DNA from: an uncultured Candidatus Saccharibacteria bacterium
Lineage (GTDB): Bacteria > Patescibacteriota > Minisyncoccia > Phycocordibacterales > UBA2100
DNA length: 61,077 nucleotides
Assembly (NCBI GenBank): GCA_964534465.1
Contig: CAZHOB010000004.1
Span: 1 to 61,077 of the forward strand
Direction: 5' to 3'
Positions within the stretch are counted from its first letter, which is position 1. Each line of letters starts with the position of its first letter. Shown here piece by piece: positions 49,237 through 57,450 of this stretch. Made by a program: the position numbers and the translations under genes. The notes under the pieces are model-generated. The model was not told the origin of the DNA, did no database searches, and was given only the letters and a program-made list of their open reading frames with translations.

Positions 49237-49731
49237 ATGGCAGACGTGCAAGACGGTGCTCCATTTGACGCAGTTTTCGAACACGTCAAGAGCAGCGGCA
49301 AATGGTCGCGCGTTTTCACCCACAAGAAAGAACAGCACAAGGGGTGGGACACCGAGTCGCGATGTATAGCTGAAGAATGGACAATGCTCTGCGATGGATA
49401 CGTTGTCGAAGTTTCGATGACTGGCTTTACGAGATCTCTGAACGGTGAAACCACAATTGCCAGTCGAGGCAGAGCGTGGATTGAACGCCACATCTACGCG
49501 TACAAATGGCCCGGACAGAAAGAGCCCGGCTGGCTTGAGCTTCCGGACAAGGCGGATATAGAAAAAGCAAAGCTGCAAAAGCTTTGCCACGCGTCACAGG
49601 CGTTTTGGATAGACCTGCCCATTGCAGAAGACACCAATCTCTCGGAGAAAGTCGCTAACGCTCATTCGTGGAAGCTGTGGGCCGGCGACATACACACCGT
49701 TCTTCAGCTCTTGAAAATGGTCGCTGTATAA
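49237..49731 (+). CDS. Hypothetical cytoplasmic protein (164 aa)
   Basis: Internal ATG at 49237 (MADVQDGAPFDAVFEHVKSSGKWSRVF...). No motif recognised. Confidence 0.5.
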   Translation: MADVQDGAPFDAVFEHVKSSGKWSRVFTHKKEQHKGWDTESRCIAEEWTMLCDGYVVEVSMTGFTRSLNGETTIASRGRAWIERHIYAYKWPGQKEPGWLELPDKADIEKAKLQKLCHASQAFWIDLPIAEDTNLSEKVANAHSWKLWAGDIHTVLQLLKMVAV

Positions 49732-49808
49732 GCTAAATGAATAACGCGATACAACGACTAGGCTCCGCATCCCGGGGCTTTTTCTTTGGGCCGCGGGACT
49801 TCTCAGGG

Positions 49809-49837
49809 TTGACTTGCAATAAAGTTTCGAATATAGT
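49809..49837 (+). promoter_or_regulatory. Candidate promoter re-initiating the rpsN-secY block
   Basis: TTGACT-17 nt-TATAGT, 168 nt upstream of the rpsN ATG. Confidence 0.55.
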
Positions 49838-50005
49838 GGCCAAGCCTCGCAGGAGGTCCTCTTACCCGAAGTGGGCTCAGTCTCACAATGAGGGATTGGA
49901 CCTCTCGAACTGGTGATCTTTAACCTCTTGCGCAAGCGGGGGTGCCGGACCCGGAATCTATTGCAAGGCAGGATGTAAGCGCACCTACGCGCTGTAAAAA
50001 ATTAC

Positions 50006-50191
50006 ATGGCAAAAAAGAGCATGATAGTGAAAGCGAATCGGAAGCCGAAGTTTAGTTCGCGCACGGTGCGACGCTGCTTCAAGTGCGGTCGTCCGCGCGG
50101 TTTTATGCGTGATTTCAATCTCTGCCGCATTTGTTTCCGCGAGGAAGCTCTCGAAGGCAACATCCCCGGCATCAAGAAGTCTTCTTGGTAA
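50006..50191 (+). CDS. rpsN: 30S ribosomal protein S14, type Z (zinc-ribbon form)
   Basis: 61 aa. [61 protein letters not shown], with CxxC...CxxC. Confidence 0.95.
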   Translation: MAKKSMIVKANRKPKFSSRTVRRCFKCGRPRGFMRDFNLCRICFREEALEGNIPGIKKSSW

Positions 50192-50200
50192 TAATAATTT

Positions 50201-50596
50201 ATGACCAACGACCCCATCGCAGATCTCATAGTTCGTCTCACCAACGCCGGTGCCATCCGCAAGCCGTCGGTGTCGGTGCCATTTTCTAATTTGAAGCTCG
50301 CGGTCGCGGAGAAGCTGAAGACCGCCGGATATGTTTCGTCTGTGGAGAAGAAAGGGAAGAAGGTCAAGAAGACCCTCGATGTGGTTCTCAAATACGATGC
50401 GCAAGGCGACCACGTCATCCATGGTGTCAGGCGCATTTCAAAGCCGGGCCGTCGTCTCTACAAGCGCGCCGGCGCGATCAATCCTGTCCGCTACGGCCAC
50501 GGGGCTCTCATTCTCACGACCCCGAAAGGAATTAAGACCGACTCCGAAGCTCGCAAGGAGAAGATCGGCGGCGAAGCGCTGTTTGAAATTTGGTAA
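50201..50596 (+). CDS. rpsH: 30S ribosomal protein S8
   Basis: MTNDPIADLIVRLTNAGAIRK...GHGALILTTPKGIKTDSEARKEKIGGEALFEIW. Confidence 0.95.
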   Translation: MTNDPIADLIVRLTNAGAIRKPSVSVPFSNLKLAVAEKLKTAGYVSSVEKKGKKVKKTLDVVLKYDAQGDHVIHGVRRISKPGRRLYKRAGAINPVRYGHGALILTTPKGIKTDSEARKEKIGGEALFEIW

Positions 50597-50603
50597 TAAA
50601 TAT

Positions 50604-51149
50604 ATGAGTCGAACTGGAAAGCTTCCTATAAAAATTCCCGCAGGCACTGAAGTGTCGGCTACCCCGGGTGAGATCACCGTCAAAGGCAAGGGCGGCACGC
50701 TCAAGAAATCGCTGCACCCGAATATCAAGGTGGCGGTGGCAAATGGTGAAGTGCTCGTCACGCCCAAAGACGACTCGCGCATCTCGCGCGCGCTCTGGGG
50801 TACCTACGCGGCGCACGTGCGCAACATGGTCTCTGGCGTCAACACGCCGTTCCAAAAGAAATTGCAGATCGAAGGCATCGGCTTCCGCGCTGAAATGGCC
50901 GGCAAGCAGATCAAGCTCGCTATTGGCTTTTCACATCCGGTGCTCGTCAGTATTCCTGCAGGCATCACCGCAGCTATCGACAAGAACATCATCACTGTGA
51001 GCGGCGCCGACAAAGAGCAGGTGGGTGAATTCGCAGCGTCTATCCGCGCACTCAAAAAGCCGGAGCCGTACAAGGGCAAGGGTATTCGCTACGAAGGCGA
51101 GGTCGTGCGGCACAAAGCCGGCAAGAAGGCAGCCACCGCCGCAGCATAA
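50604..51149 (+). CDS. rplF: 50S ribosomal protein L6
   Basis: MSRTGKLPIKIPAGTEV...PEPYKGKGIRYEGEVVRHKAGKK. Confidence 0.95.
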   Translation: MSRTGKLPIKIPAGTEVSATPGEITVKGKGGTLKKSLHPNIKVAVANGEVLVTPKDDSRISRALWGTYAAHVRNMVSGVNTPFQKKLQIEGIGFRAEMAGKQIKLAIGFSHPVLVSIPAGITAAIDKNIITVSGADKEQVGEFAASIRALKKPEPYKGKGIRYEGEVVRHKAGKKAATAAA

Positions 51150-51155
51150 TAATTA

Positions 51156-51276
51156 TGACTAACAAAATTAGCACATTTCATCGTTGCGGAGCCTCTGCGT
51201 ACTTCTCGCCGTACGTTCAGTACGGCTCGAAGGCCGCATTCTCCGCGCCTCGAACTGCGCATAATTTTGTTCGTCA
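51156..51276. repeat. ~121-nt imperfect palindrome with 15-nt terminal inverted repeats, inserted between rplF and rplR
   Basis: tgactaacaaaatta (51156-70) against taattttgttcgtca (51262-76), 14/15 complementary. Central hairpin gccgtac-gttca-gtacggc (51208-26). Inner arms pair partly (gcggag/ctccgc). Confidence 0.7.
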
Positions 51277-51289
51277 CTCCATCTAATTT

Positions 51290-51637
51290 ATGTCTACCAC
51301 TTCACGACAAGAGAAACGGGATATGCGACACAAGCGCGTGCGCGCCAAGGTCATGGGCACTATAGAGCGCCCGCGCCTCTCCGTGTACAAGTCCAACACG
51401 CGTCTCGTGGCACAGATAATCAACGACGACGAAGGCAAGACCATTGCCGCGGTATCTTCGGCCGACGAGAAGGGCAAGACGCCGCGCGAGCGGGCTGAAG
51501 CTGCAGCTGCTACACTCGCCAAGAAGGCGGGGGAGAAGAAGATAAAGGCCGTCGTCTTCGATCGAGGAGGATTCCAGTACGTGGGCACTATCAAGGCATT
51601 TGCCGATGCGGCACGCGCGGCAGGATTGCAATTTTAA
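51290..51637 (+). CDS. rplR: 50S ribosomal protein L18
   Basis: RHKRVRAKVMGTIERPRLSVYKSNTRLVAQIINDDEGKTIAAVSS...VVFDRGGFQYVGTIKAFADAARAAGLQF. Confidence 0.95.
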   Translation: MSTTSRQEKRDMRHKRVRAKVMGTIERPRLSVYKSNTRLVAQIINDDEGKTIAAVSSADEKGKTPRERAEAAAATLAKKAGEKKIKAVVFDRGGFQYVGTIKAFADAARAAGLQF

Positions 51638-51647
51638 TCTCTATATT

Positions 51648-52283
51648 ATGGCTGACGAACAAAACATCACAGATAAGGTAGCGCAGAGCGCACCGGTTCA
51701 GGGAGCGGATGCTGCTGCGCCGCGCCCGCCTGCGCAGGCAGGTCCTCACGAGCGTCGCCCTTTTGGCGGGGATCGCCGTGGCCGCGGACGCGGAGGTGAT
51801 CGTGGCGGTCGTGGTGGCCGTGGTCCCCGTGGTGGCGATGAGCGCCGTTCCGAATTCGCACAAAAGATGATAGGTATCCGCCGTGTCGCGCGCGTGATGG
51901 CTGGTGGCCGCCGCTTCAATTTCTCTGCAGCACTCGTCATTGGCGACAAGAAGGGTCGCGTGGGTGTGGGATTGGGCAAAGCAGCCGACACCCAGCTTGC
52001 CATCGAGAAGGCCACACGTTCCGCCAAGAAGCACATGATCACCCTCACGCTCACCAAAAATCGCTCTATCTCGCGCAATGTGGAGTCCAAATACTGCGCA
52101 TCTGTCGTGGAGATACGCCCTTCGCCGGGCCGCGGATTGGTCGCTGGTTCTTCGGTGCGTACCGTATTGGAACTCGCCGGCGTGTCCGATGTGACCGCCA
52201 AGCTCCTCTCGCGCAGCAAGAATCCGGTCAACAACGCCCGCGCCGCCATCGAAGCGCTCAAGCAAATTTCGATCCAAAAATAA
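51648..52283 (+). CDS. rpsE: 30S ribosomal protein S5 with an Arg/Gly-rich N-terminal extension
   Basis: RRPFGGDRRGRGRGGDRGGRGGRGPRGGDERR, then MIGIRRVARVMAGGRRFNFSAALVIGDKKGRVGVGLGKA... Confidence 0.93.
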   Translation: MADEQNITDKVAQSAPVQGADAAAPRPPAQAGPHERRPFGGDRRGRGRGGDRGGRGGRGPRGGDERRSEFAQKMIGIRRVARVMAGGRRFNFSAALVIGDKKGRVGVGLGKAADTQLAIEKATRSAKKHMITLTLTKNRSISRNVESKYCASVVEIRPSPGRGLVAGSSVRTVLELAGVSDVTAKLLSRSKNPVNNARAAIEALKQISIQK

Positions 52284-52284
52284 T

Positions 52285-52731
52285 ATGGCCGATCTCAATC
52301 TACTCAAACGATCAGGGAAGCGACCGTACCGCCGTGTAGGACGCGGTCAGTCGAGCACCCGCGGCAAACAATCGGGCCGTGGCGGCAAAGGGCAAACAGC
52401 GCGTGCCGGTCACAAGATACGCCCCGCGCTCCGCGACATCATCAAGAAGATCCCAAAGCGCCGCGGATTCGGCAAGAATCGCGGTCGCACGCACGTGCCG
52501 CGCCCCGATCCGCTCACCATCACGCTCGACAGGCTCAATGGCGTATATGAGAACGGCGCAGAAGTTACGTACTCTTCGCTCATCGCCAAGGACATACTCC
52601 ATCCGCGCGTAACGCGCAGGGTCAAGGTAGTCGGGGGAGGTGAGCTCAAGAAAAAGCTTTCATTCAAGGGTGTTCCGGTGTCTTCGTCTGCCCGTGTGGC
52701 CATCGAGAAAGCGGGCGGCACAATCACATAA
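52285..52731 (+). CDS. rplO: 50S ribosomal protein L15
   Basis: MADLNLLKRSGKRPYRRVGRGQSSTRGKQSGRGGKGQTARAG. Starts 1 nt after the rpsE stop, so there is no L30 gene in between. Confidence 0.93.
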   Translation: MADLNLLKRSGKRPYRRVGRGQSSTRGKQSGRGGKGQTARAGHKIRPALRDIIKKIPKRRGFGKNRGRTHVPRPDPLTITLDRLNGVYENGAEVTYSSLIAKDILHPRVTRRVKVVGGGELKKKLSFKGVPVSSSARVAIEKAGGTIT

Positions 52732-52734
52732 CGT

Positions 52735-54009
52735 ATGTGGGACGCATTCGTACGCAAAATAAAGCTCCTCGTCGAAGATGAGACGCTTCGCACGCGCATA
52801 CTTTTCGTCCTCGCGGCGCTCGTCGTGTTCCGTTTGCTCGCGGCCATTCCCGTGCCGGGCATCAACGCTGCGCAGCTTGAGCAATTTTTGTCCAACAACC
52901 AGTTCCTCGGCCTTCTCAATGTGTTCTCCGGCGGTGGATTTTCCAATCTCTCCATCGTGATGCTCGGCGTCGGCCCGTACATCACCGCCTCCATCGTCAT
53001 GCAGCTCATGACCATCCTCATTCCGAGCCTCAAGGAAATGTATCAGGAGGAGGGCGATGCCGGTCGCATGCGCTTCATGCAGTACTCGCGTTACCTCACG
53101 GTGCCGCTCGCTTTCATACAGGGCTTCGGATTCCTTCTCTTGCTCCGTCAAAATGGCATCTTGCCGCCGCTCGATATTTTCCACACGGTGACCAATGTAT
53201 TGGTGGTCGCGGCAGGTTCGCTTCTCCTCATGTGGATCGGTGAGCTCATCACGGAATTCGGCGTCGGCAACGGCGTATCGCTCCTCATCTTCGCCGGTAT
53301 CGTTTCGCGCATCCCGAGCGATATCGGTCAGGTCATCTTTGCCTTTGATGTGACCCAGCTCCCCGCATATCTCGGATTTTTGGCCGCCGCGCTCACCATC
53401 ATGGCCGGCGTCGTGTTCATTACCGAAGCAGAGCGCCCGATCCCCGTGACCTACGCGCGCCGCGTGCGCGGCATGAAGGTGATGGGCGGCGTCTCCACGT
53501 ACTTGCCGTTGCGCGTCAATCAAGCCGGCGTTATCCCGATCATCTTCGCGCTCTCAATCTTGCTCTTTCCGCAGATGATAGCGACCTTCCTCTCGCACAG
53601 CGCTATCGCAGGCGTCTCTACGGTGGCCGACGTGGTCGTGCGTGCACTTGCCAATCAATGGGTCTACGGCATCATGTACTTCTTCCTCGTCTTCCTCTTT
53701 ACCTATTTCTACACCGCCATCACCTTTGAGCCGCACCAAGTGGCCAAGAATCTCCAGAAGAACGGCGCCTTCATCCCCGGTGTACGCCCCGGTGAGACCA
53801 CGGCCATTTACCTCGGCAACATCATCACGCGCATCACGCTCGTGGGCGCGCTCTTCCTCGGCGCACTCGCTGTGCTCCCGCTCATCCTGCGCGGTATCAC
53901 TGGCATTACCGCGATCACGATCGGCGGCACCGCGCTGCTCATCGTCGTTTCCGTAGTTCTCGACCTCGTCAAGAAGATCGACGCCCAAACCTCCATTCGC
54001 GAGTACTAG
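52735..54009 (+). CDS. secY: Preprotein translocase subunit SecY
   Basis: IPVPGINAAQLEQF...GGGFSNLSIVMLGVGPYITASIVMQLM...GNGVSLLIFAGIV...INQAGVIPIIFA. Confidence 0.95.
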   Translation: MWDAFVRKIKLLVEDETLRTRILFVLAALVVFRLLAAIPVPGINAAQLEQFLSNNQFLGLLNVFSGGGFSNLSIVMLGVGPYITASIVMQLMTILIPSLKEMYQEEGDAGRMRFMQYSRYLTVPLAFIQGFGFLLLLRQNGILPPLDIFHTVTNVLVVAAGSLLLMWIGELITEFGVGNGVSLLIFAGIVSRIPSDIGQVIFAFDVTQLPAYLGFLAAALTIMAGVVFITEAERPIPVTYARRVRGMKVMGGVSTYLPLRVNQAGVIPIIFALSILLFPQMIATFLSHSAIAGVSTVADVVVRALANQWVYGIMYFFLVFLFTYFYTAITFEPHQVAKNLQKNGAFIPGVRPGETTAIYLGNIITRITLVGALFLGALAVLPLILRGITGITAITIGGTALLIVVSVVLDLVKKIDAQTSIREY

Positions 54010-54086
54010 AAAAATCGCCGTTGACGGGCCCTTTTTTTCACGTATAAAGGTGTGGGTCAACACCGCATGTTCAGAAGGAGAATGTC

Positions 54087-54281
54087 GTGGGATCAACGAT
54101 TGGATCACGTACGGCCAAACCGCCGCTTGGAATTCCACCGCACGACATCTGGTATAAGCTTGTGGTTCAGGAGCGTATTAGCCAAATACTTGCCGCAATG
54201 AGTAGATATAGCGATGCAGGAGAGTCGATACCGGCGGCATGGGTCGACGAACTTTCCTCCCACCTTGAGCACAAGTCGTAA
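54087..54281 (+). CDS. Hypothetical small protein (64 aa, GTG start)
   Basis: AAGGAG lies 6 nt upstream of the GTG. Terminator hairpin at 54293-54320. Confidence 0.4.
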   Translation: MGSTIGSRTAKPPLGIPPHDIWYKLVVQERISQILAAMSRYSDAGESIPAAWVDELSSHLEHKS

Positions 54282-54454
54282 GTCGTCTCGTTAGCCCCGG
54301 AATGTACTGTCCGGGGCTTTTACTTTGCTGATCTTGATTTTTAACACTGTTACATTTGTTTTCTAATCTGAAAATCCGCGCGATTTTTTCTCAATCTGTG
54401 GTAATCTATTGCCCCAAGTATCAAGGGCGGCGTTTTGTTAGGTACAATGCTGCC

Positions 54455-55306
54455 ATGGCGACCGACTTTGCAGAGCTTGAGCGGCAGCTGGGGCAGATAG
54501 AGGACGTGAACGGCAGCACGTGGTATTACATTTGGCACTATCACAGGGTCGCGTACATTTCGGCGGTCATTGCGAGTCTGGTGGGGAGCGCCGCGCTCGT
54601 AGCTTTGGCATATCGCATATTCGGCACAAATCCGGTGATATTTAGTTTGGTTTTCACTCCCGCAGCGCTCATCGCAGTGTTGCACGAGTACTATCGAAGC
54701 CAGGTACAGCACGTATTCATACGAGAGCTCGCGATCGCACTCGGATTTACGTATGCAGCAGAGGGGGATATGTCCACCGTAGTGGGGGTATTTTTTAGGA
54801 TGGGGCACGATCAGTCCATTACAGACGTGATGACCGGCCGATACCAAGAGAAGCTCGTACAGATGTACTCCTACCAAATGACGATCGGGTATGGAAAGAA
54901 TTCTCACACCTACCAGTTCACCATTTTTGAACTCGACCACGGCAGCGCGCTCCCGCACGTGCTCATGAACAAAGACCAATTTCCCGAAGCGCTCGGGGAG
55001 TGGAGTACCGGATTGGAAGCCGTGCGCCTCGAAGGTGATTTCAACGACATATTTTCGCTCTATGTAGAGAAAGGCAAACAGATGGAAGTGCGGGAAATAT
55101 TCCAGCCCGATGTGATGCAGGACATTATGGGCGCGGAACCGTTTTCCATGGAGATCTCCGGTACCAAAGTCTATCTCATTCGAAAGGGCGCGTTCTCGAG
55201 CAAAGGCGCGTTCATTACGCTCCTGCGCGCCGCTGCACGGATGTATGAGGAAATAGCTGCCGGACTTGTGGCTGTGGACACAGATCCCGCGACAACTGTT
55301 CCATAA
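54455..55306 (+). CDS. Membrane protein with 2 N-terminal TM helices and a soluble domain, function unknown
   Basis: Internal ATG at 54455 (MATDFAELERQLGQIEDV...), with TACAAT 6 nt upstream. TM segments ISAVIASLVGSAALVALAY and VIFSLVFTPAALIAVL. Confidence 0.5.
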   Translation: MATDFAELERQLGQIEDVNGSTWYYIWHYHRVAYISAVIASLVGSAALVALAYRIFGTNPVIFSLVFTPAALIAVLHEYYRSQVQHVFIRELAIALGFTYAAEGDMSTVVGVFFRMGHDQSITDVMTGRYQEKLVQMYSYQMTIGYGKNSHTYQFTIFELDHGSALPHVLMNKDQFPEALGEWSTGLEAVRLEGDFNDIFSLYVEKGKQMEVREIFQPDVMQDIMGAEPFSMEISGTKVYLIRKGAFSSKGAFITLLRAAARMYEEIAAGLVAVDTDPATTVP

Positions 55307-55375
55307 GAGAATTTTTTGTTTTCTAATGCGCTTTTTTGCGCGATTTTTTTACCTTCGCGTGCTACTCTCAATGCA

Positions 55376-55954
55376 ATGAAACAGATCGTCGTCATCGCAG
55401 GGCCATCGGGTACAGGAAAGAACGCCATCATCGACGAACTCATCCGGCGATATCCCAAATGCACCCGCCTCGTGACCGCCACGACCCGCGCCCCTCGTCC
55501 CGGTGAGCAAGAAGACGTTGATTACTACTTTTTTTCCGAAGAAAAATTCTTCGGCGAGCTCAAAGCGGGCAACATCCTCGAACATCGCGAGATAAAATCG
55601 CTCGGCACGCACTATGGCGTATATAAGCCGGACCTTGAAGCGAGGCTCACGCGCGGGGAAGTGGTGCTCGCGCACCTCGACATCATCGGCGTGAAGTATC
55701 TGCACGAGCACTACGACGCCACATCGATATTTATCATGCCCGAAAATGAGGGTATGCTTCGCTCACGCATCAAGCGCTCTCGTCCGGAGATGACAGAAAA
55801 GGAGCTCGACGACCGCATGCTCATCGCCAAACACGAAATGGCGGACGACGCGCCGCAGTGCGACTACCGTGTCGTCAACGCTGAGGGCAAACTCATGCAA
55901 ACAGTGGACGACATCGTTGAAATTCTCAAGAAAGAAGGCTACACTCTGCAGTGA
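55376..55954 (+). CDS. gmk: Guanylate kinase
   Basis: MKQIVVIAGPSGTGKNAIIDELI...TTRAPRPGEQEDVDYYF...LEHREIKSLGTHYGV. Confidence 0.85.
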   Translation: MKQIVVIAGPSGTGKNAIIDELIRRYPKCTRLVTATTRAPRPGEQEDVDYYFFSEEKFFGELKAGNILEHREIKSLGTHYGVYKPDLEARLTRGEVVLAHLDIIGVKYLHEHYDATSIFIMPENEGMLRSRIKRSRPEMTEKELDDRMLIAKHEMADDAPQCDYRVVNAEGKLMQTVDDIVEILKKEGYTLQ

Positions 55955-55956
55955 AC

Positions 55957-56550
55957 ATGACACCTGTCACCGTAGCGTTCTTTGGGATATCAGGCTCCGG
56001 AAAGGGGACGCAGGCGGCGCTCATTGAGAAATATTTGAAAGAGAAAGACCCTTCGCGCGGTATCGTGCGTCCCGAAATGGGCAATTTGCTGCGCAGTTTT
56101 ATGAACACCGGCACGCCGCTTGCGATGAAGATCGGCGACATTCTGCATGCCGGCGGGCTCGCGCCCTCTTTCATGCCCATCCACCTGCTCACCGTCGCGC
56201 TCAATGCGCAGTTCGACGGCACACAGCACGCGATATTGGACGGTGTGGCGCGCAGGCCCGACCAATCGCGCGCTCTCGACGACTTTATGAAAATTTTCGG
56301 CCGCACGGAACTCCACGCCATAGAACTCAAGCTTTCCAAAGAGACCGCCAAGGCGCGGCTCGTGGCACGTGGTCGTTTCGACGACGCCAAAGAAGAGGCG
56401 ATAGCCAACCGCTTCTCGTGGTATCAGGAACACGTAGTCCCGTCCGTGGAAGAGCTCCGCAAACTCGGCTGGAAGGTCCACGATATCGACAGCGAGCCCG
56501 ATGTCGACACGATTCACAAAAGTATCCTCTCTGTGTTAGGTTTAGCGTAA
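55957..56550 (+). CDS. adk: Adenylate kinase (short form, no zinc lid seen)
   Basis: FFGISGSGKGTQAALI...ILDGVARRPDQSRAL...ARGRFDD. A GTG at 55951 is an alternative start. Confidence 0.85.
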   Translation: MTPVTVAFFGISGSGKGTQAALIEKYLKEKDPSRGIVRPEMGNLLRSFMNTGTPLAMKIGDILHAGGLAPSFMPIHLLTVALNAQFDGTQHAILDGVARRPDQSRALDDFMKIFGRTELHAIELKLSKETAKARLVARGRFDDAKEEAIANRFSWYQEHVVPSVEELRKLGWKVHDIDSEPDVDTIHKSILSVLGLA

Positions 56551-57314
56551 TGATCGCGAGATCCAAGGAAGAAATCGCAGCCCTGCGCGAGGGCGGCAGG
56601 CGTTTGGCGGCTCATGTGCGCGCCCTTTCGGCTATGGTGCGGCCCGGCATTACCGGCAAAGAGCTCGAGGATGCAGCTCGCAAGATGGTGGAAAAAGACG
56701 GCGATACACCGGCGTTCCTCGGCTACCGCGACAGTAAAGACAAGATAGGCTATCCATCGGCACTCTGCCTTTCTATCAACGACGCCATCGTCCACGCGCC
56801 TGCCGGCGGAAATCCGACGATACAGGAAGGTGACATCGTGTGTCTCGATTTCGGTATCAAGCACAAAGGTTTTTTTACCGACCACGCCGTCACCGTGATA
56901 GCCGGGAAGCCACAGAGCGAGAAAGACGAAGTGCTGCTCAAGGGCACCAAAGAAGCGCTCGCGGCGGGGATAGCGAAGGCGCGCGTGGGCAACACGACAG
57001 GCGATATCGGCTACGCGGTGGAATTGGTCGCGGAAAAATACAATTTCGGATTTCCGCGCAATCTTTCGGGCCACGGGGTGGGCAACGCCGTGCACGAAGA
57101 GCCGCACGTGCCCAATTTTGGCGCAGAAGGCAAGGGGGAAGTGCTCGTGGAGGGTTTGGTCATCGCCATTGAGCCGATGATGACGCTCGGCAGCGGCGAT
57201 CTTTATATAGACAAAGATGGCTATTCGTACCGCACCAAGGACGGCTCGCGCACCGCGCATTTCGAGCACACTGTTTTGATAACAAAGAAAGGACCCGAAA
57301 TTTTGACCAAGTAA
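56550..57314 (+). CDS. map: Methionine aminopeptidase, type I
   Basis: The start overlaps the adk stop (TAATG). FLGYRDSKDKIGYPSALCLSINDAIVHAPAG...DFG...GHGVGNAVHEEPHVPNF...IEPM...HFEHTVLIT. Confidence 0.93.
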   Translation: MIARSKEEIAALREGGRRLAAHVRALSAMVRPGITGKELEDAARKMVEKDGDTPAFLGYRDSKDKIGYPSALCLSINDAIVHAPAGGNPTIQEGDIVCLDFGIKHKGFFTDHAVTVIAGKPQSEKDEVLLKGTKEALAAGIAKARVGNTTGDIGYAVELVAEKYNFGFPRNLSGHGVGNAVHEEPHVPNFGAEGKGEVLVEGLVIAIEPMMTLGSGDLYIDKDGYSYRTKDGSRTAHFEHTVLITKKGPEILTK

Positions 57315-57375
57315 TTTGTTTGCACCCGCCGCCTGGTGGGCGCGGGGCACTGCACTCGCCTTCGCTCGTTTGAAA

Positions 57376-57399
57376 GCCCTGCCTGCCGGCAGGCAGGGC
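57376..57399. repeat. Perfect 24-nt palindrome GCCCTGCCTGCCGGCAGGCAGGGC (family copy 3), probably the terminator after map
   Basis: Read directly from the sequence. Same core as 11764-11783. Confidence 0.85.
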
Positions 57400-57450
57400 T
57401 GCCGTCCAACAGTTTCAAACAAACGACAGATTCCGATGTACACTATTTGA

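Noticed and set aside
49838-50005. Possible SRP (4.5S) or 6S RNA in the rpsN leader, suggested by gtgccggacccggaa...gcaaggcagg
   Set aside because: The conserved SRP helix-8 sequence and pairing (GGAA tetraloop closed by a symmetric stem, AGCA loop) cannot be reconstructed. The length and structure do not fit 6S RNA either. I kept it only as an unassigned leader.
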